From an uncultured Clostridia bacterium (lineage in GTDB: Bacteria; Bacillota; Clostridia; Christensenellales; UBA1242): DNA of 64,000 bases. The position numbers and the translations under genes are program-made. Below are positions 62,551-64,000 of the stretch, in pieces. The notes beneath the pieces are model-generated. The model did not search any database, was not told where the DNA came from, and saw only the letters and a program-made list of their open reading frames with translations. Each line of letters starts with the position of its first letter. Within the stretch, counting starts at the first letter, position 1. Where the stretch lies: NCBI GenBank assembly GCA_934754445.1, contig CAKVHZ010000002.1, forward strand, positions 3,585 through 67,584. Direction: 5' to 3'.

Positions 62551-63636
62551 TTATTTATTTATATTGTCAAAATACTCTATTATAATATTTTTTAATTTAT
62601 CTATATTAATATTATTTTTTGCGGATATACAAAGTTTATCAGTTTCTAAAAGATGAATTTTATCAATTTTATTGTAAATAGTTATAACCTTATCTAAATT
62701 TACACCAAGTTCTTTTAAAACATCTAAAGTAATTTGTTCTTTCTTTTTAAATTCAGGGTCTGAAATATCCACAACATTAATTAATAAGTCGGCTTGTATG
62801 CTTTCTTCTAAAGTAGAATTAAATGCATCTATTAACTCATGGTTTAAGTCGCTAACAAAACCTACAGTATCGGTTAATAATATGGTCAATTTGTCACTTA
62901 AAAATACTTTTCTTGTCGTGGTATCTAAGGTTGCAAAAAGCATATCTTTAATAAAAACATCACTCTTTGTTATAGTGTTCATTAAAGTTGATTTCCCAGA
63001 GTTTGTATAACCCACTAACGCAACAGTTTTTTGATTTGTTTCTATTCTTTGTTTTCTTCTTAAATCTCTATTTTCTTTAAGTGTTTTAAGTTCTTTTTGC
63101 TTCGCTTGAATTTGTAGTTCTATTTTCCTTCTATCAAGTTCAAGTTTCGTTTCACCTGGGCCTCTCATTCCTACCCCGCTCCCACCATAACGATTAGCCG
63201 AACTATTTAAACCTTTTATTCTTGGAAGAGTATATTTTAATTGTGCAAGTTCAACTTGAAGTTTCCCTTCGTTGCTTTTAGCCCTTTGAGCAAATATGTC
63301 TAAAATTAACATTGTTCTATCAATAACTTTGCAATCAAGATATTCTTCTAAGTTGCTAATTTTGCTACCTGTTAATTCGTTTTGAAAAACTACTAAAGTA
63401 GCATTATTTTCTTTAACAATTTGCTTTAATTCTTCTAACTTTCCTATTCCGATTAAATAAGATAAATCTGGTTTTTTTATGTTTTGAACTAAACTGCCTA
63501 CAACTTCAATATTATTTGCTTTAATTAAACTTTTAAGTTCGCTCATTTTCATTTCAATATCTATTCTACTGTCAAAACAAGCATAGCACATAACTGCTCT
63601 ATCTTTTTCTTTTTCACTATTATAAAATTTAGCCAT
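62551..63636 (-). CDS. hflX: GTPase HflX
   Basis: VALVGYTNSGKSTLMN, DTVGF, YNKID, and an N-terminal HflX domain (GKLQVELAQLKY). 361 aa. Confidence 0.92.
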   Translation of the reverse strand: MAKFYNSEKEKDRAVMCYACFDSRIDIEMKMSELKSLIKANNIEVVGSLVQNIKKPDLSYLIGIGKLEELKQIVKENNATLVVFQNELTGSKISNLEEYLDCKVIDRTMLILDIFAQRAKSNEGKLQVELAQLKYTLPRIKGLNSSANRYGGSGVGMRGPGETKLELDRRKIELQIQAKQKELKTLKENRDLRRKQRIETNQKTVALVGYTNSGKSTLMNTITKSDVFIKDMLFATLDTTTRKVFLSDKLTILLTDTVGFVSDLNHELIDAFNSTLEESIQADLLINVVDISDPEFKKKEQITLDVLKELGVNLDKVITIYNKIDKIHLLETDKLCISAKNNINIDKLKNIIIEYFDNINK

Positions 63637-63679
63637 AACTTAATTATAAATAATTTTTATAATAAAATCAACCATTTAA

Positions 63680-63934
63680 CTAAAAAGGTTTTACAGTTGG
63701 TTTCCCGTAGTAATCGGTATAATGATAAAATCCTGCAAATCCTGTGGAATTATTATTTAAAATTGCACGAGCATCATTTAGATTTTTTAAGAAAAACTTT
63801 ACACAAATTCCACAAGTAACACCAGTCGCTTTGGGATTATTTATTATAGAACACGCAATTTTTCTTCCTTTAAGTCTATTATAAAAAGCCATTGTTTGAC
63901 TGCGTGAATTAAAAACTGCTAAAACATAATTCAT
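63680..63934 (-). CDS. DUF3343-like small protein
   Basis: 84 aa. VLAVFNSRSQTMAFYNRLKGRKIACSIINNPKATGVTCGICVKF matches the DUF3343 pattern (from memory). Confidence 0.5.
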   Translation of the reverse strand: MNYVLAVFNSRSQTMAFYNRLKGRKIACSIINNPKATGVTCGICVKFFLKNLNDARAILNNNSTGFAGFYHYTDYYGKPTVKPF

Positions 63935-64000
63935 AAATTTCTCCTTTGTAACACATAGATTAGTTACATAATATATTATTATATTAACTTTTTATAAGTT

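Overview
The window is a very AT-rich stretch (about 25-30% GC by eye, not computed) of a low-GC, endospore-forming Firmicutes chromosome. Most genes lie on the minus strand. The backbone is conserved housekeeping synteny, in coordinate order: glyQS, then trmK-sigA-dnaG, then sigE-spoIIGA-ftsZ-ftsA-ftsQ-murA, then feoBA. Next come yloV-yloU/rpmB, rpe-rsgA-yraN-rnhB-rbgA, and trmD-rimM-ylqC-rpsP-ffh-ylxM. These are followed by mnmA-mtaB-rsmE, pnp, cysS, uvrAB and hflX. No rRNA genes, CRISPR array, transposase or integrase was seen; there is one tRNA-Lys(CUU).

Several things fall outside the supplied ORF track:
- A 25-codon spoVM-like ORF.
- rpmB (59 aa).
- An edge-truncated glyQS.
- An rsgA whose intact N-terminus has no canonical start codon; ATT is the candidate.

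The least-explained material is accessory and envelope- or spore-surface-related:
- A BclA-like collagen protein.
- A Ppx/GppA-like protein with degenerate catalytic motifs.
- An orphan RnfC/NqrA-N-like protein.
- A split TSUP transporter.
- Two giant type-I-anchored surface proteins. One has four CBM-like modules and a long coiled-coil cytoplasmic tail. The other has about 10 Ig-like modules and is followed by two membrane-tethered wHTH paralogs.
- A membrane class III nucleotide cyclase.
- A TasA/SipW-type secreted fusion protein.
- Three unusual Cys-rich elements: a FeoB C-terminal fusion, a basic microprotein with a perfect palindrome upstream, and a duplicated YjcZ-like peptide.

All family assignments come from motif recognition by eye. 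No database search was run.
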